A stretch of DNA of 64,000 bases from Candidatus Limnocylindria bacterium (GCA_038207785.1 JBBQZK010000004.1:3095-67094), one strand, 5' to 3'. Positions 10,133 to 19,975 are shown, numbered from the stretch's first letter. The notes: a model not told the origin generated them from the letters alone. Numbers and translations: made by a program.

Positions 10133-11681
10133 GCTGCACGGCCGCCGACTCGTCCTGGTGACGGTCGGGATCATGCTCGCGCTCTTCCTCGCCGCGCTCG
10201 ATCAGACCATCGTCGGCACGGCGCTGCCGCGGATCGTGGCGGAGCTCAACGGCCTCGAGTACTACGCGTGGGTCCTCACCGCGTATCTCGTGACGTCGAC
10301 CATCATGACGCCCATCTCCGGGAAGCTCGGTGACCTCTTCGGCCGCAAGCCGCTGCTGCTCATCGGGATGATCGGGTTCATCCTCGCCTCGGCCCTCTGC
10401 GGCCAGGCGCGGGACATGATGCAGCTGGTCGCGTTCCGCGGCATTCAGGGCCTGTTCGCCGGCGTGCTCTTCTCCAGCGTCTTCGCCTCGATCGCCGACG
10501 TCTTCACGATCGAGCGTCGGACCCGGATCCAGGGCCTCTTCGGGGGGATCTTCGGCATCGCCTCGGTGGTCGGCCCGACGATCGGTGGCTACCTGACCGA
10601 CAACGTCGGCTGGCGCTGGGTGTTCTACGTGAACGTCCCGGTCGGCATCGCCGCCGTGCTGTTCGTCTTCTTCACCATGCCCCGCACCGCGCACAACGCG
10701 ACGTGGCGGGACATCGACTTCATCGGGGCTGGCGCGCTCGCGGCGGGCCTCGCTCCGATCCTCATCGCCTTCTCGATCACGCGAGACCACACCTGGGGCT
10801 CTCCTCAAGTGCTCGGGCTGCTCGTAGCGGGCGTCGCGATCCTCGTCGGCTTCTACTTCCTCGAGCGGCGGACCGATCACCCGATCGTGCCGTTCGAGCT
10901 GTTCAAGAACCGCACCTTCGCGGTCTCGGTGCTCGTCGGCTTTCTCGTTGCGGTCGGGATGTTCGGCGCGATCGTGTATGTGCCGCTCGTCTACCAGGGC
11001 GTCCTTGGGATCGCCGCGACCAACTCTGGCCTGCTGGTGACGCCGATGATGGTGGGCCTCATCGCCGGCAGTGTGATGACCGGGCAGATCATGCTGCGGA
11101 TCAAGCGGTACCGGTACCTCGGCACTCTGGGGACCGGACTCGTCGCGATCGGGACGTTCCTCATGTCCACGATCTCCCCCGCCACACAGTCGGTCGAGGT
11201 CGTCCGCGATCTCGTCATCGTCGGCTTCGGCGTCGGCATCACCTTCCCGCTGTACCTCAACGCTGTGCAGTCGGCCGTCGAGCCGCGCTACATCGGCGTG
11301 GTCACGAGCCAGATCCAGTTCTTCCGGAACGTCGGGGCGACGATCGGGACCGCGATCCTGGGCGCGTTCCTCTCCCAGCGTCTGCCGGTCAACATCCAAG
11401 CGAAGATCAGGGCGCTCGACCTGCCGCCCCAGCAGCTCCAGGGCCTCGGCTCCGGCAACGCGCAGCAGCTCTTCGATCCGTCGGCGCACATCCCTGAGCC
11501 GATCCTCAACGCCATTCGCGGCGCACTCGCGGTAACGCTGCAGGATGTCTTCCTCGCCGCATCCGTCGCCGCGATCATCGCGATGGTCGCATCGGTCTTC
11601 CTGGCGGACGTTCCGATCCGCCGGCAGCAGCGCGGAGCGCAACCGCGCGAAGCGGAGGCCGCTCCCGCGTTCGGCGGTTAG
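10122..11681 (+). CDS. MFS transporter, DHA2 (EmrB/QacA) family drug-efflux pump
   Basis: 519 aa with 14 TM helices and DHA2 motifs (LDQTIVGTALPRI, GKLGDLFGRKP, GPTIGGYLTD). TTG start preceded by AAGGAGA. Translationally coupled to marR. Confidence 0.85.
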   Translation: MSGELHGRRLVLVTVGIMLALFLAALDQTIVGTALPRIVAELNGLEYYAWVLTAYLVTSTIMTPISGKLGDLFGRKPLLLIGMIGFILASALCGQARDMMQLVAFRGIQGLFAGVLFSSVFASIADVFTIERRTRIQGLFGGIFGIASVVGPTIGGYLTDNVGWRWVFYVNVPVGIAAVLFVFFTMPRTAHNATWRDIDFIGAGALAAGLAPILIAFSITRDHTWGSPQVLGLLVAGVAILVGFYFLERRTDHPIVPFELFKNRTFAVSVLVGFLVAVGMFGAIVYVPLVYQGVLGIAATNSGLLVTPMMVGLIAGSVMTGQIMLRIKRYRYLGTLGTGLVAIGTFLMSTISPATQSVEVVRDLVIVGFGVGITFPLYLNAVQSAVEPRYIGVVTSQIQFFRNVGATIGTAILGAFLSQRLPVNIQAKIRALDLPPQQLQGLGSGNAQQLFDPSAHIPEPILNAIRGALAVTLQDVFLAASVAAIIAMVASVFLADVPIRRQQRGAQPREAEAAPAFGG

Positions 11682-12247
11682 CTCCCGTCCCGGCCTGGTC
11701 CGCGGCCCACCCGGCGCTTGATGGCAGCTTCCATCTCGCGCCGGGTCTCGCGTTCCTTGATGGTCTGGCGCTTGTCGTAGCGGCGCTTGCCTTTCGCGAG
11801 CCCAAGCTCCACCTTCGCGACACCGTTCTTGATGTACAGGCGCAGCGGCACGAGGGTGTATCCCTGCTGGGCCACCGCGCCGAGGAGCCCCGCGATCTCC
11901 TCGCGGTGCAGCAGGAGCTTGCGTGGCCGGGTCGGGTCGTGCTCCTCGAACCCGACCGCGTTCTGCCACGGTGCGATGTGCACGTTCCGCAGCCAGGCCT
12001 CGCCCCTGTCGATGCGGGCGTAGCCGTCGGAGAGGTTCGTCCGGCCGGCCCGCACGGACTTGATCTCGGTCCCGGTCAGCGCGAGCCCCGCCTCGAGCTT
12101 GCGGTCGATGGCGTAGTTGAAGCGGGCCTTGCGGTTGTCGGCGAGCACGAGCACGCCTGGACCCTCGTCCTCCGCCGGCGCCTTGGGCGCGTGCTGGCGG
12201 TCAGAGCGCGAGCGGCCGCTCGGTTTGGTCGGTCGATAGGTGGCCAT
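11678..12247 (-). CDS. smpB: SsrA-binding protein SmpB
   Basis: Core reads LVLADNRKARFNYAIDRKLEAGLALTGTEIKSVRAG...NVHIAPW. The listed ATG gives a non-conserved extension of about 30 aa with no SD. The GTG at about 12154, preceded by GAGGACGAGGG, would give a canonical 158-aa SmpB. Confidence 0.9.
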   Translation of the reverse strand: MATYRPTKPSGRSRSDRQHAPKAPAEDEGPGVLVLADNRKARFNYAIDRKLEAGLALTGTEIKSVRAGRTNLSDGYARIDRGEAWLRNVHIAPWQNAVGFEEHDPTRPRKLLLHREEIAGLLGAVAQQGYTLVPLRLYIKNGVAKVELGLAKGKRRYDKRQTIKERETRREMEAAIKRRVGRGPGRDGS

Positions 12248-12272
12248 GACGTGAGTGAGCGTAAGGACAATG

Positions 12273-12308
12273 AAAAAGGCGGCGGCATTTCTGCCGCCGC
12301 CCTTTCGT
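12273..12308 (-). terminator. Rho-independent terminator (bidirectional hairpin) immediately upstream of smpB
   Basis: Perfect 11-bp GC stem (aaagGGCGGCGGCAtttcTGCCGCCGCCcttt). The minus-strand sense reads gggcggcggcagaaatgccgccgcc followed by TTTTT. Confidence 0.6.
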
Positions 12309-12599
12309 TGGGTCTCGCGAAGACTCGCTAGACCGCGATCACCTCAGTTGGATGCATATCCGGAAGCCTGAAGTGAGCAGCACGGGTCTTCGGATTCCCA
12401 GAGCTATAGCCCACTCCACATCACCTCCTTTCTTTCGCCGAAATCGTAGCAAACCATCGACGGCGCGATAAGACGGCCCAAAAAGGACGACCAAAGGGCG
12501 ACCGAGGAGCGGCTTCGCCGCGACGAGGGAGACCACCAGCCCTGAGCCCGTGTCGAGGCCGCAGCTGACCCGCAGGTCAGCGCAGGCCGAGATGCTTGA

Positions 12600-13865
12600 T
12601 CAGGGCAGATACGGGAGCGGGTCGACGGCGCGGCCGTTGAGGATCGTCATGAAGTGCAGGTGCGGGCCTGTCGTCCAGCCGGTCATGCCCTCGTATGCGA
12701 TGACCTGGCCCGCCGCAACGTACTGGCCGGCCTGGACGATCGGCGGGTGTACTCGGTCGTCGAGGTGGCCGTAGAGCGTCGAGAAGTTGTTGCCGTGGGC
12801 GATGATCACGACGGTCGCCGTATCGCCCGACGCGAGGTACGGCTTGCCGACCGTGGTCACGCGCCCCGCGGAGGCGGCGACGATCGGTGAGTAGATCGGG
12901 GCCGCGATGTCGAGGCCGTTGTGGAATCCGCCCCACCGTGCGCCGAACGGCGACGCGAGCGCGCCACGAAGCGGCCAGGTCTGCACCTTGCCGCCGGCGT
13001 AGACGCCAAGGCCGGAGCGCGCGGCCGCGAGCGCAGCGAGCTGCGTGTACTGCGCTTCCGCGTCCTGCAGCAGCTTGTTGAGGCTCGTGGTCTCCTGGGT
13101 CTGCTTCGCGGCCGCGCCCAGCTGGGCCGCCGCAAGGGCCGCCGCCTGGTCGCGCTGCACGGCGGTCTGGCCGATCGCCGCCTGCGCCTCCTTGAGGAGC
13201 TTGTCGTAGCGGGCCTTCTGCTCCGCGAGGCCGGCGCGCTGCTTTGTGATCTGCTCCTGCAGCCCGACCATCTCGGCCGCCTTCTCGGTGGTGAGGCTCA
13301 CGTTCGTCGACGCCTCGTCGCGCAGCGAGCGGATCTCGTTGGCGAGCTGCACGTCCTGGCGGTTGATGATGACCATCGCCTGGATCCGTCCGGCGAACTC
13401 GGAGAGCGAGCTCGACGACAGGAGCATCTCGAGCGGGCTGATCTGGGCCTGGCGGTACGTCGTGCGCAGGTGCTTCGCGTAGAGCTCCTCGCGCTGCACC
13501 AGCTGCTTGTTCTCCGCGTCCACTCGCGCCTTCAACGACGACACGAGCGCGTTGGTCTCATCGAGCTGGAAGCTCACGAGCTGGAGCTGCTCCTCGGTGA
13601 TCTGGATCTCGTAGCCCAGCTGCTCCGCCTGCGACTGCGCAGCATCGGCCTTTGCCTGCAGCCCTTCGATCACGGAATTCGAGTTTGCGACCGCGACCTG
13701 GAACTGATTCGCGGCCTGCTTGTATCGCTCGGTGTTCGCGCGTGAGACGGCGACGGCGCGCTCCAGCTCCTGCTTGCGACGCAGCGCGTCGACGAGCGGG
13801 TCGTCGGCCGAGGCTGGAATGACCTGCCCAAGGAAGAGGGCGAGCCCGGTCAGCACGACGATCAT
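12600..13865 (-). CDS. Coiled-coil M23-family peptidoglycan endopeptidase (EnvC/PcsB/RipC-like, FtsEX-associated)
   Basis: Start at internal ATG 13865 (MIVVLTGLALFLG signal/TM). A long Q/A/E-rich coiled coil is followed by a C-terminal LytM domain (HNGLDIAAPIYSPIVAASAGRV...TLYGHLDD...GPHLHF). The gene follows ftsX. Confidence 0.8.
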   Translation of the reverse strand: MIVVLTGLALFLGQVIPASADDPLVDALRRKQELERAVAVSRANTERYKQAANQFQVAVANSNSVIEGLQAKADAAQSQAEQLGYEIQITEEQLQLVSFQLDETNALVSSLKARVDAENKQLVQREELYAKHLRTTYRQAQISPLEMLLSSSSLSEFAGRIQAMVIINRQDVQLANEIRSLRDEASTNVSLTTEKAAEMVGLQEQITKQRAGLAEQKARYDKLLKEAQAAIGQTAVQRDQAAALAAAQLGAAAKQTQETTSLNKLLQDAEAQYTQLAALAAARSGLGVYAGGKVQTWPLRGALASPFGARWGGFHNGLDIAAPIYSPIVAASAGRVTTVGKPYLASGDTATVVIIAHGNNFSTLYGHLDDRVHPPIVQAGQYVAAGQVIAYEGMTGWTTGPHLHFMTILNGRAVDPLPYLP

Positions 13866-13960
13866 CGTGCGAAGGCCCGTATTCCTCTTGTTCCCACCTC
13901 CCCGGCGTGTCCGGGGAGCTCCCATACCTGCCGGATGGTCGCAGTTCGAGTGGTGTGCGG

Positions 13961-14863
13961 TCAAGCCCGGGCTCCCTTGGAGAGCTGAGACCGGACCGAG
14001 AACGAGGCCCCGAAGCCACCGACCAGGAGCGCGAACCCAAGGACGCCGGCGGCCAGCTCGAGCACGAAGCTCGTCCCGAGCGACACCGGGAGGATGTCCA
14101 GGAAGCCGACCATCGCGCTCGTGACGGGCTGCGCGGCTGCGGCGAGGACCGCGAGCGCGACGATCGCGCCGAGGACCCCGACGAGCATCCCTTCGACGAT
14201 GAACGGCCAGCTCACGAACCAGTCGGTGGCGCCGACGAGCTGCATGATCTCGATCTCATCACGTCGGGCATGCACGGCGATGCGGATCGTGTTCACGATG
14301 ACGAACAGCGCGACGAACAGCATCATCGCCAGGACCGCGAGCCCGCCGATCGAGAGCACCCGCGTGATGGTGAGCAGCTTCTCGACGACGGTCGGGTTGT
14401 CGATGACGTCGGTCACGACGCCGCGACCGAGCTCCTCGCGCAGCGATGCGGCCAAGCGGCCGGTCGCCTGGGCGTTCGCCAGCTTGACCTCGAGCGACGC
14501 GGGCAGCGGGTTCGTGCCGATGTCGGCCAGGGTGAAGTCCTCTTTGCGCTGAGCGAGCTCCCGTAGCCGCTCGAGCGCCTGCTGCTTGGTGACGTACTCG
14601 ACCCGGGCCACTGCCGGGTCCTTCTCGATCCGCGCCTTGAGGGCGAGCGTGTCGGACGGCTTCGCGCCCTCGTCGATGTACAGGACGAGCTCGACCTTGG
14701 ACTCGAGCGCGACCACCGCGGCTTGGAGCCCGCGGTCGGTCACGATGAAGAACGCGAACAGCAGCAGCATGAGTGACACCGTCAGCGTCGCGGCCACGCT
14801 CATGACGGGGTTGCGCCAGAAGCCCTGCCACGCGGCAACGAAGACGTAGCCGATGCGCCTCAT
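13961..14863 (-). CDS. ftsX: Cell-division permease FtsX
   Basis: 300 aa with 4 TM helices, an FtsX extracellular domain and the C-terminal permease motif ([25 protein letters not shown]). Overlaps ftsE by 4 nt. Confidence 0.9.
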   Translation of the reverse strand: MRRIGYVFVAAWQGFWRNPVMSVAATLTVSLMLLLFAFFIVTDRGLQAAVVALESKVELVLYIDEGAKPSDTLALKARIEKDPAVARVEYVTKQQALERLRELAQRKEDFTLADIGTNPLPASLEVKLANAQATGRLAASLREELGRGVVTDVIDNPTVVEKLLTITRVLSIGGLAVLAMMLFVALFVIVNTIRIAVHARRDEIEIMQLVGATDWFVSWPFIVEGMLVGVLGAIVALAVLAAAAQPVTSAMVGFLDILPVSLGTSFVLELAAGVLGFALLVGGFGASFSVRSQLSKGARA

Positions 14864-15540
14864 GCCGCGTACAGCCCTTCGCGCTCGTCCCGCACGACGG
14901 ATCCCTTGTCGAGATGGATGACCCGGCGGCGGAGCGCGTTCACGATCTCGGCGTTGTGGGTGGCCATGACGAGGGTCGTGCCGAGCTCCTGCACGTGCGT
15001 GAGGAGCTTGATGATCTCCCAGCTCGTGACCGGGTCGAGGTTGCCGGTGGGCTCGTCGGCGATGAGGACTCGCGGCCGGTTCACGAGGGCGCGTGCGATG
15101 GCGACGCGCTGCTGCTCTCCGCCGGAGAGCTCGCGCGGGAAGTGGCTGCGACGGTGTGAAAGACCGACGACCTGCAATGCGCGCTCGGTCTCCTCACGGA
15201 CCACGCGGCCCGTGTGTCCGGTGACGACGAGCGCGAACGCGACGTTCTCGGTGACGGTCTTGGTCGGGAGCAGCTTGAAGTCCTGGAACACGACGCCGAC
15301 CAGCCGTCGAAGGTGCGGTACCTGCGACCGGCGCATACGGGCGACGTCCTTGCCGTTCACGACGACCCGGCCGGTGGTCGGGAGCTCCTCCCGGATGAGG
15401 AGCCGGATGAGGGTCGACTTCCCCGCTCCCGATGAGCCGACGAGGAAGGCGAATTCGCCCGCGCCGATGGTGAGGTCGACGTCCTGCAAAGCCGCGGTCC
15501 CGTTCGGGTAACGCTTGCTGACGTCCTCGAGACGGATCAA
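14860..15540 (-). CDS. ftsE: Cell-division ATP-binding protein FtsE
   Basis: Walker A (GSSGAGKST), ABC signature ([15 protein letters not shown]) and Walker B ([11 protein letters not shown]). The TTG start at 15540 ([11 protein letters not shown]) has a GGGAAGAGGAAA RBS. The listed ORF start lies 30 codons upstream. Confidence 0.9.
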   Translation of the reverse strand: MIRLEDVSKRYPNGTAALQDVDLTIGAGEFAFLVGSSGAGKSTLIRLLIREELPTTGRVVVNGKDVARMRRSQVPHLRRLVGVVFQDFKLLPTKTVTENVAFALVVTGHTGRVVREETERALQVVGLSHRRSHFPRELSGGEQQRVAIARALVNRPRVLIADEPTGNLDPVTSWEIIKLLTHVQELGTTLVMATHNAEIVNALRRRVIHLDKGSVVRDEREGLYAA

Positions 15541-15715
15541 ATCCGGTCGGTTTCCTCTTCCCTCAGCGTCCGGAGCGCACGTTTTCGTGCTCCTGGCACG
15601 AAGGTAACGGGGCACCGTGGCGCAACGCAACGGCTTTTGGTAGCGATTTCGTACTGTCCAGGTGTGCGTGTCGCAGGAACGTACGCGCGGCGGACAAGCC
15701 CGGTAACGGGCGCCG

Positions 15716-18700
15716 CTAGCTGTTCGGGAGACCGAGACCCGGCTGCGACGGGCGCAGCGTCGCGAATGTCGCGATCGATGCGATCTTCGCTTCGCCGGTC
15801 GCCATGACCTTCACGCCCTGCGTCGCGCGGCCGAGTACCCGGATCTGGTCCATCGGAACGCGGATGACCACGCCGTTCGTCGAGATGAGCAGCACCTCGT
15901 CGCTCTTCTCATCGATGACCTGGATCGCCGCGACGTTGCCGGTCTTCGCCGTGACCGACGCGAGGATGACGCCCTGGCCGCCGCGGTTGTGCGTCGGGAA
16001 GTCCTCGACCTTGGTCCGCTTGCCGTAGCCGTTCTCGGTGACCGAGAGGACCTCCATCCGCGCATTCACGACGCCCATGCCGATGACCTCGTCGCCCTTC
16101 GAGAGCCGGATGCCGGTGACACCCTGGGTCTGGCGGCCCATGGGCCGCGTGTCGGTGGCCTGGAAGGTGATGGCCTTGCCCTTCTTGGTGGCGATGACGA
16201 TGCGATCCTTGTCGCCGGCCGCGGCGACCCAGGCGAGGCGGTCGTCCTTGCGCAGGAGGATCGCAATGAGGCCGGCCCGGCGCACGTTGCCGTACTCGGC
16301 GAGCGGGGTCTTCTTCACGAAGCCCTTCCGGGTGGCCATGACCAGGTGCGGGATCGAGCCGCCCTCGCGGATCGCGATGAGCGCGGAGACCCGCTCGCCG
16401 GACTGCATGGCCTCGAGGATGTTCTGGATCGGCGTGCCCTTCGCGGTCCGGCTCGCGTCCGGGAGCTCGAACGCCTTGAGCGCGAACACCCGGCCGCGGT
16501 CCGTGAACACGTACAGGCGGTCGTGGTTGCGAGCGACGACCAGATGCTCGACATCGTCCTCGTCGCGGGTGGCCATGCCGATGACGCCTCGCCCGCCGCG
16601 GTGCTGGGCCTTGTACGTCGACAGAGGCATCCGCTTCACGTAGTTGCGGGTCGAGACGGTGATGACGACGTCCTCGTCGGCGACCAGATCCTGGTCGGTG
16701 AGCTCGCGGTTGAGGTCATCGAGGATCTTCGTGCGGCGGTCGTCTCCGTACTTCGCGACGAGCTCGTCCATGTCCTGCTTGATCAGGAACAGGATCTTGC
16801 GCGCGTTTCCGAGGATCGACTCGAGCTCGGCGATGAGCTTGATGGTCTCGCGGTACTCGTCCTCGACCCGCTGGCGCTCGAGGCCGGTCAGGCGGCGGAG
16901 CTGCATGTCCAGGATCGCGCGGGCCTGGATCTCCGAAAGCTCGAACTTCTCGCGGAGATTGGCAAGCGCTGACTCCGGGCTCTTGCTCGCACGGATGGTC
17001 TTCACGATCTCGTCGATGTGGTCGAGCGCGATCTTGAAGCCCTCGAGGATATGCGCGCGCTCCTTGGCTTTCCCGAGATCGAACTCCGTGCGCCGCTTGA
17101 TGACCTGCTTGCGGTAGTCGATGTGGTGCTGCAGAACGTCCTTCAGCGACAGCGTCTTCGGTGACGAATCGACGAGCGCGAGCATGTTCAGGTTGAACGC
17201 CGACTGCATCGCCGTGTGCTTGTACAGGTTGTTGAGGACGCGCTCGGCGTTGTCGTCGCGCTTGATCTCGACGACGACCCGCATGCCCTCGCGGTCGCTC
17301 TCGTCGCGGATGTCGGAGATGCCGGCGAGTCGCTTGCCCTGCACGAGGTCGGCGATCTTCTCGATCAGGGTCGCCTTGTTCACCGCGTACGGCAGTTCGG
17401 TGACCACGATGGACTGCCGCCCGCCCTTCCCGTCCTCCACGTGGGCCTTGGCCCGCATGAGGATCCGGCCGCGGCCGTTCGCGTACGCGCGGCGGATCGC
17501 GTCCACGCGCTCCGCCGCGCCGGTCTCGATGTTCTTCTGCTCCTCGAACCGGTAGATGACCCCGCCACCCGGGAAGTCCGGACCGAGCACCGTCTCGCAG
17601 AGGTCGTCGTTGGTGAGCTCCGGATCGTCGACCAGCCGTTTGGTGGCCTCAGCGACCTCGCGGAGGTTGTGCGGCGGGATGTTGCTCGCCATGCCGACCG
17701 CGATGCCGGTCGATCCGTTGATGAGCAGGCTCGGTACGCGCGCCGGGAGCACCGTGGGCTGCATGTGCCTGCTGTCGTAGTTCGGGTACCAGTCGACGGT
17801 CTCCTTCTCGATGTCCGCGAGCAGCTCCGCCGCGATGGCCGCCGGACGCGCTTCCGTGTTGTGGCTGACGAAGCCGTTCGTGATGAAGCTGTGGTCGTCC
17901 GTGTCGACGCGCAGCGAGTACACCGGCTGCATGCCGGCGTCCTCGACCGCGTCAACGGTCGCGTAGTAGTACGTGCCGTCCACCAGCGGCTCGACGACGC
18001 GGCGTACCTCGTCGTTCGTCAGGTGCGCGAGGATCTCCTCGCGGTCGCGCTCCCATCGTTCGATGCGATCGACGTTGTGCTTCTGGAGCCACTCTCGGTC
18101 CGTCCAGCGGGCCATGCGCTCGCTGCGGATGTATTCGGCGACGAACGGCACCGCGTCCGCGCTCATCGCGGTGCTCACGAGCGGGATCTGCGCGAGCTCG
18201 CTCTCGAGCTTCTTTTGCTTCGCGCCGTGGAAGCCGACGGTCGCCGCGAACCGTCGCGCGTCGCGGCGATTGGTCAGCACGACCTTGATCTCGCCGTTGT
18301 CGTAATGGCACTGCTTGGACACGACGCCGAACTCCAGAAGGAGCAGCTGCACTTCGGTCGCGAGGCGCTGGCTGCGCGTCGAGTAGCTGACCTGGATCGC
18401 GTTCCCGCCCTGGGTACGGAGGACGGAGGACGAGCCATCACCCTCGAAGAGCGCACGCAGGAATGCCGCTTTGAAGGCAGCCGAGCCGGCCCAGACGAAC
18501 GCCGGCACGTGCTTGTCCGCGCTGCGGAGGCCGACCATCTCCGCCAAAGGGCTCGCCTTGAGAGCGGTCATGTTGTGGACGTCGAGCTCGTGCAGACGAT
18601 TCTCGGATCTGATGATCCTGGAATAGGCGTAGCGCGGGCCACCGACGATGTCGCCGTATGCGCTCGTGACCGCGTCGAAGTAGTCCGGGTCGAGGTTGTT

Positions 18701-19975
18701 GAAGCCGGCGCGACGCTCTGAGGCCCAACCCTCCGACACCATCCCACCCGCCAGCGTTGCCAACGCGAGTTCCCGTGGCGTGAGCTCGCCGATCGGGGCG
18801 CCGGACGCAGGACGACGCAGCATCGCGACCCGATCCCCGGGCGCGATCTCCTCCAGCAGCTTCCACACGAGCATCGGCACGCCTGCGAGGGGCTGGAGCG
18901 TCAACACGGGGTGGTTGGTGGTGCCGGTCAGCTCGTAGCCCTCGCGGGTGCGCATGCGCAGGGTCGGATGTGTTCCGGAGTGGAACAGCGTGTTCACGTG
19001 AACGGGCATACCGCGCCGATCGAGCACCGTGAGATCGACGGCGTTGTCGGACTCGGCCTCGGCGCCTGCGACGATGTCCGCGATCCGGACGGTCCGATCC
19101 GCCGTTCGCACGAGCGTGTCTCCTGTCGTGCAGTACCTCATATGGGCTGGTGGGTCATCATCGATCGAGTTGTGCACGAAGACGCCGGCGGCGAGCGCGA
19201 AGTTCTGCGTCACGTCGACGGTGAGGTCGTACACGTCCGTCTTCCCGGCGGGTACGACCGACGCGACGACCTGCGACAGGCTCGCGGGCACCGGGAACGC
19301 CCCCGTTCGATGGAGACGCTCGGGGATGGCCGTGCGCGCGAACGGCATGAGCTGGTCCTTCGCCTTGAGCGTGCTCGCCTCGTGATAGGTCCCGTCGCGC
19401 ATCATGAATCGGTGGTCCGGCGTGCAGACGATCTCCGCGCCGGACACGAGGGTCACCTTCACTACGGTGTCGTTGCGCTTCACCAGCCGCGGCGCGCGCA
19501 GCGGCTTGATGCGGACGTTGCGATGCGCATCGAGCGTGAACACCTCCGCGCGGACGCCGCGGTGGACCATCTCGACGAGCTCGATGAACGTGCGCTGCTC
19601 GCCGTTCACGAGCTCGACCTTCGTGTCGCCGGAGAAGCAGCCGAAGTTGCCCTGGCCCTGGATCGGCGGGTAGCGCATCGTGAAGTCCTGCGCGAAGCGC
19701 GCGAGGGCGTCGTAGATCGGCACATCACCGTGCGGGTGGTACTTCCCCATCACGTCGCCGACGATGGCCGCTGATTTCCGGAACGGCCGGTCGCTGCGAA
19801 GGCCCATCTCGTGCATCGTCCAGAGGATCCGGCGCTGCACGGGCTTCAGCCCATCGCGCACATCAGGCAGCGCGCGCGCGACGATGACGGTCATCGCGTA
19901 GTCGAGGTAGGCCTTCCGCATCTCGGTCTCGAGCTCGACGCCCACCTCGCGCTGGTCGTCCGGTCGTTCGATCAC
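15716..19975 (-). CDS. gyrA: DNA gyrase subunit A precursor containing two inteins (837-aa extein)
   Basis: N-terminus matches GyrA ([35 protein letters not shown]). The catalytic-Tyr region reads GQGNFG|intein|[12 protein letters not shown]|intein|TEARP. A GyrA-box (QHRGGRGV) and a C-terminal beta-pinwheel are present. At 1419 aa it is far longer than the usual 800-900 aa. Confidence 0.9.
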   Translation of the reverse strand: MIERPDDQREVGVELETEMRKAYLDYAMTVIVARALPDVRDGLKPVQRRILWTMHEMGLRSDRPFRKSAAIVGDVMGKYHPHGDVPIYDALARFAQDFTMRYPPIQGQGNFGCFSGDTKVELVNGEQRTFIELVEMVHRGVRAEVFTLDAHRNVRIKPLRAPRLVKRNDTVVKVTLVSGAEIVCTPDHRFMMRDGTYHEASTLKAKDQLMPFARTAIPERLHRTGAFPVPASLSQVVASVVPAGKTDVYDLTVDVTQNFALAAGVFVHNSIDDDPPAHMRYCTTGDTLVRTADRTVRIADIVAGAEAESDNAVDLTVLDRRGMPVHVNTLFHSGTHPTLRMRTREGYELTGTTNHPVLTLQPLAGVPMLVWKLLEEIAPGDRVAMLRRPASGAPIGELTPRELALATLAGGMVSEGWASERRAGFNNLDPDYFDAVTSAYGDIVGGPRYAYSRIIRSENRLHELDVHNMTALKASPLAEMVGLRSADKHVPAFVWAGSAAFKAAFLRALFEGDGSSSVLRTQGGNAIQVSYSTRSQRLATEVQLLLLEFGVVSKQCHYDNGEIKVVLTNRRDARRFAATVGFHGAKQKKLESELAQIPLVSTAMSADAVPFVAEYIRSERMARWTDREWLQKHNVDRIERWERDREEILAHLTNDEVRRVVEPLVDGTYYYATVDAVEDAGMQPVYSLRVDTDDHSFITNGFVSHNTEARPAAIAAELLADIEKETVDWYPNYDSRHMQPTVLPARVPSLLINGSTGIAVGMASNIPPHNLREVAEATKRLVDDPELTNDDLCETVLGPDFPGGGVIYRFEEQKNIETGAAERVDAIRRAYANGRGRILMRAKAHVEDGKGGRQSIVVTELPYAVNKATLIEKIADLVQGKRLAGISDIRDESDREGMRVVVEIKRDDNAERVLNNLYKHTAMQSAFNLNMLALVDSSPKTLSLKDVLQHHIDYRKQVIKRRTEFDLGKAKERAHILEGFKIALDHIDEIVKTIRASKSPESALANLREKFELSEIQARAILDMQLRRLTGLERQRVEDEYRETIKLIAELESILGNARKILFLIKQDMDELVAKYGDDRRTKILDDLNRELTDQDLVADEDVVITVSTRNYVKRMPLSTYKAQHRGGRGVIGMATRDEDDVEHLVVARNHDRLYVFTDRGRVFALKAFELPDASRTAKGTPIQNILEAMQSGERVSALIAIREGGSIPHLVMATRKGFVKKTPLAEYGNVRRAGLIAILLRKDDRLAWVAAAGDKDRIVIATKKGKAITFQATDTRPMGRQTQGVTGIRLSKGDEVIGMGVVNARMEVLSVTENGYGKRTKVEDFPTHNRGGQGVILASVTAKTGNVAAIQVIDEKSDEVLLISTNGVVIRVPMDQIRVLGRATQGVKVMATGEAKIASIATFATLRPSQPGLGLPNS
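17858..19132 (-). mobile_element. Intein 2 in GyrA (425 aa) with a LAGLIDADG homing-endonuclease domain, inserted after the catalytic Tyr (MRY/TEAR site)
   Basis: Strong similarity to the Mycobacterium GyrA inteins ([10 protein letters not shown]...VRIADIV...[10 protein letters not shown]...[23 protein letters not shown]). Internal LAGLIDADG-like blocks ([13 protein letters not shown] and [12 protein letters not shown]) are present. Confidence 0.85.
19169..19639 (-). mobile_element. Mini-intein 1 in GyrA (157 aa, no endonuclease domain), inserted between Gly112 and Ser of the GNFG/S motif
   Basis: Begins [10 protein letters not shown] (block A), has TPDH (block B), ends [23 protein letters not shown], and is followed by a Ser nucleophile. 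Removing it restores the conserved GQGNFGSIDGD-type motif. Coordinates come from a residue count in the ORF and were verified at both ends. Confidence 0.75.

Noticed and set aside
12248-12600. tmRNA (ssrA) hypothesised next to smpB
   Set aside because: Neither strand shows a GGGG...acceptor/T-arm (GGTTCGANTCC...CCA) pairing or a tag frame ending Ala-Ala-stop. The locus has no room downstream of smpB. The region is kept only as an unknown ncRNA/UTR candidate.
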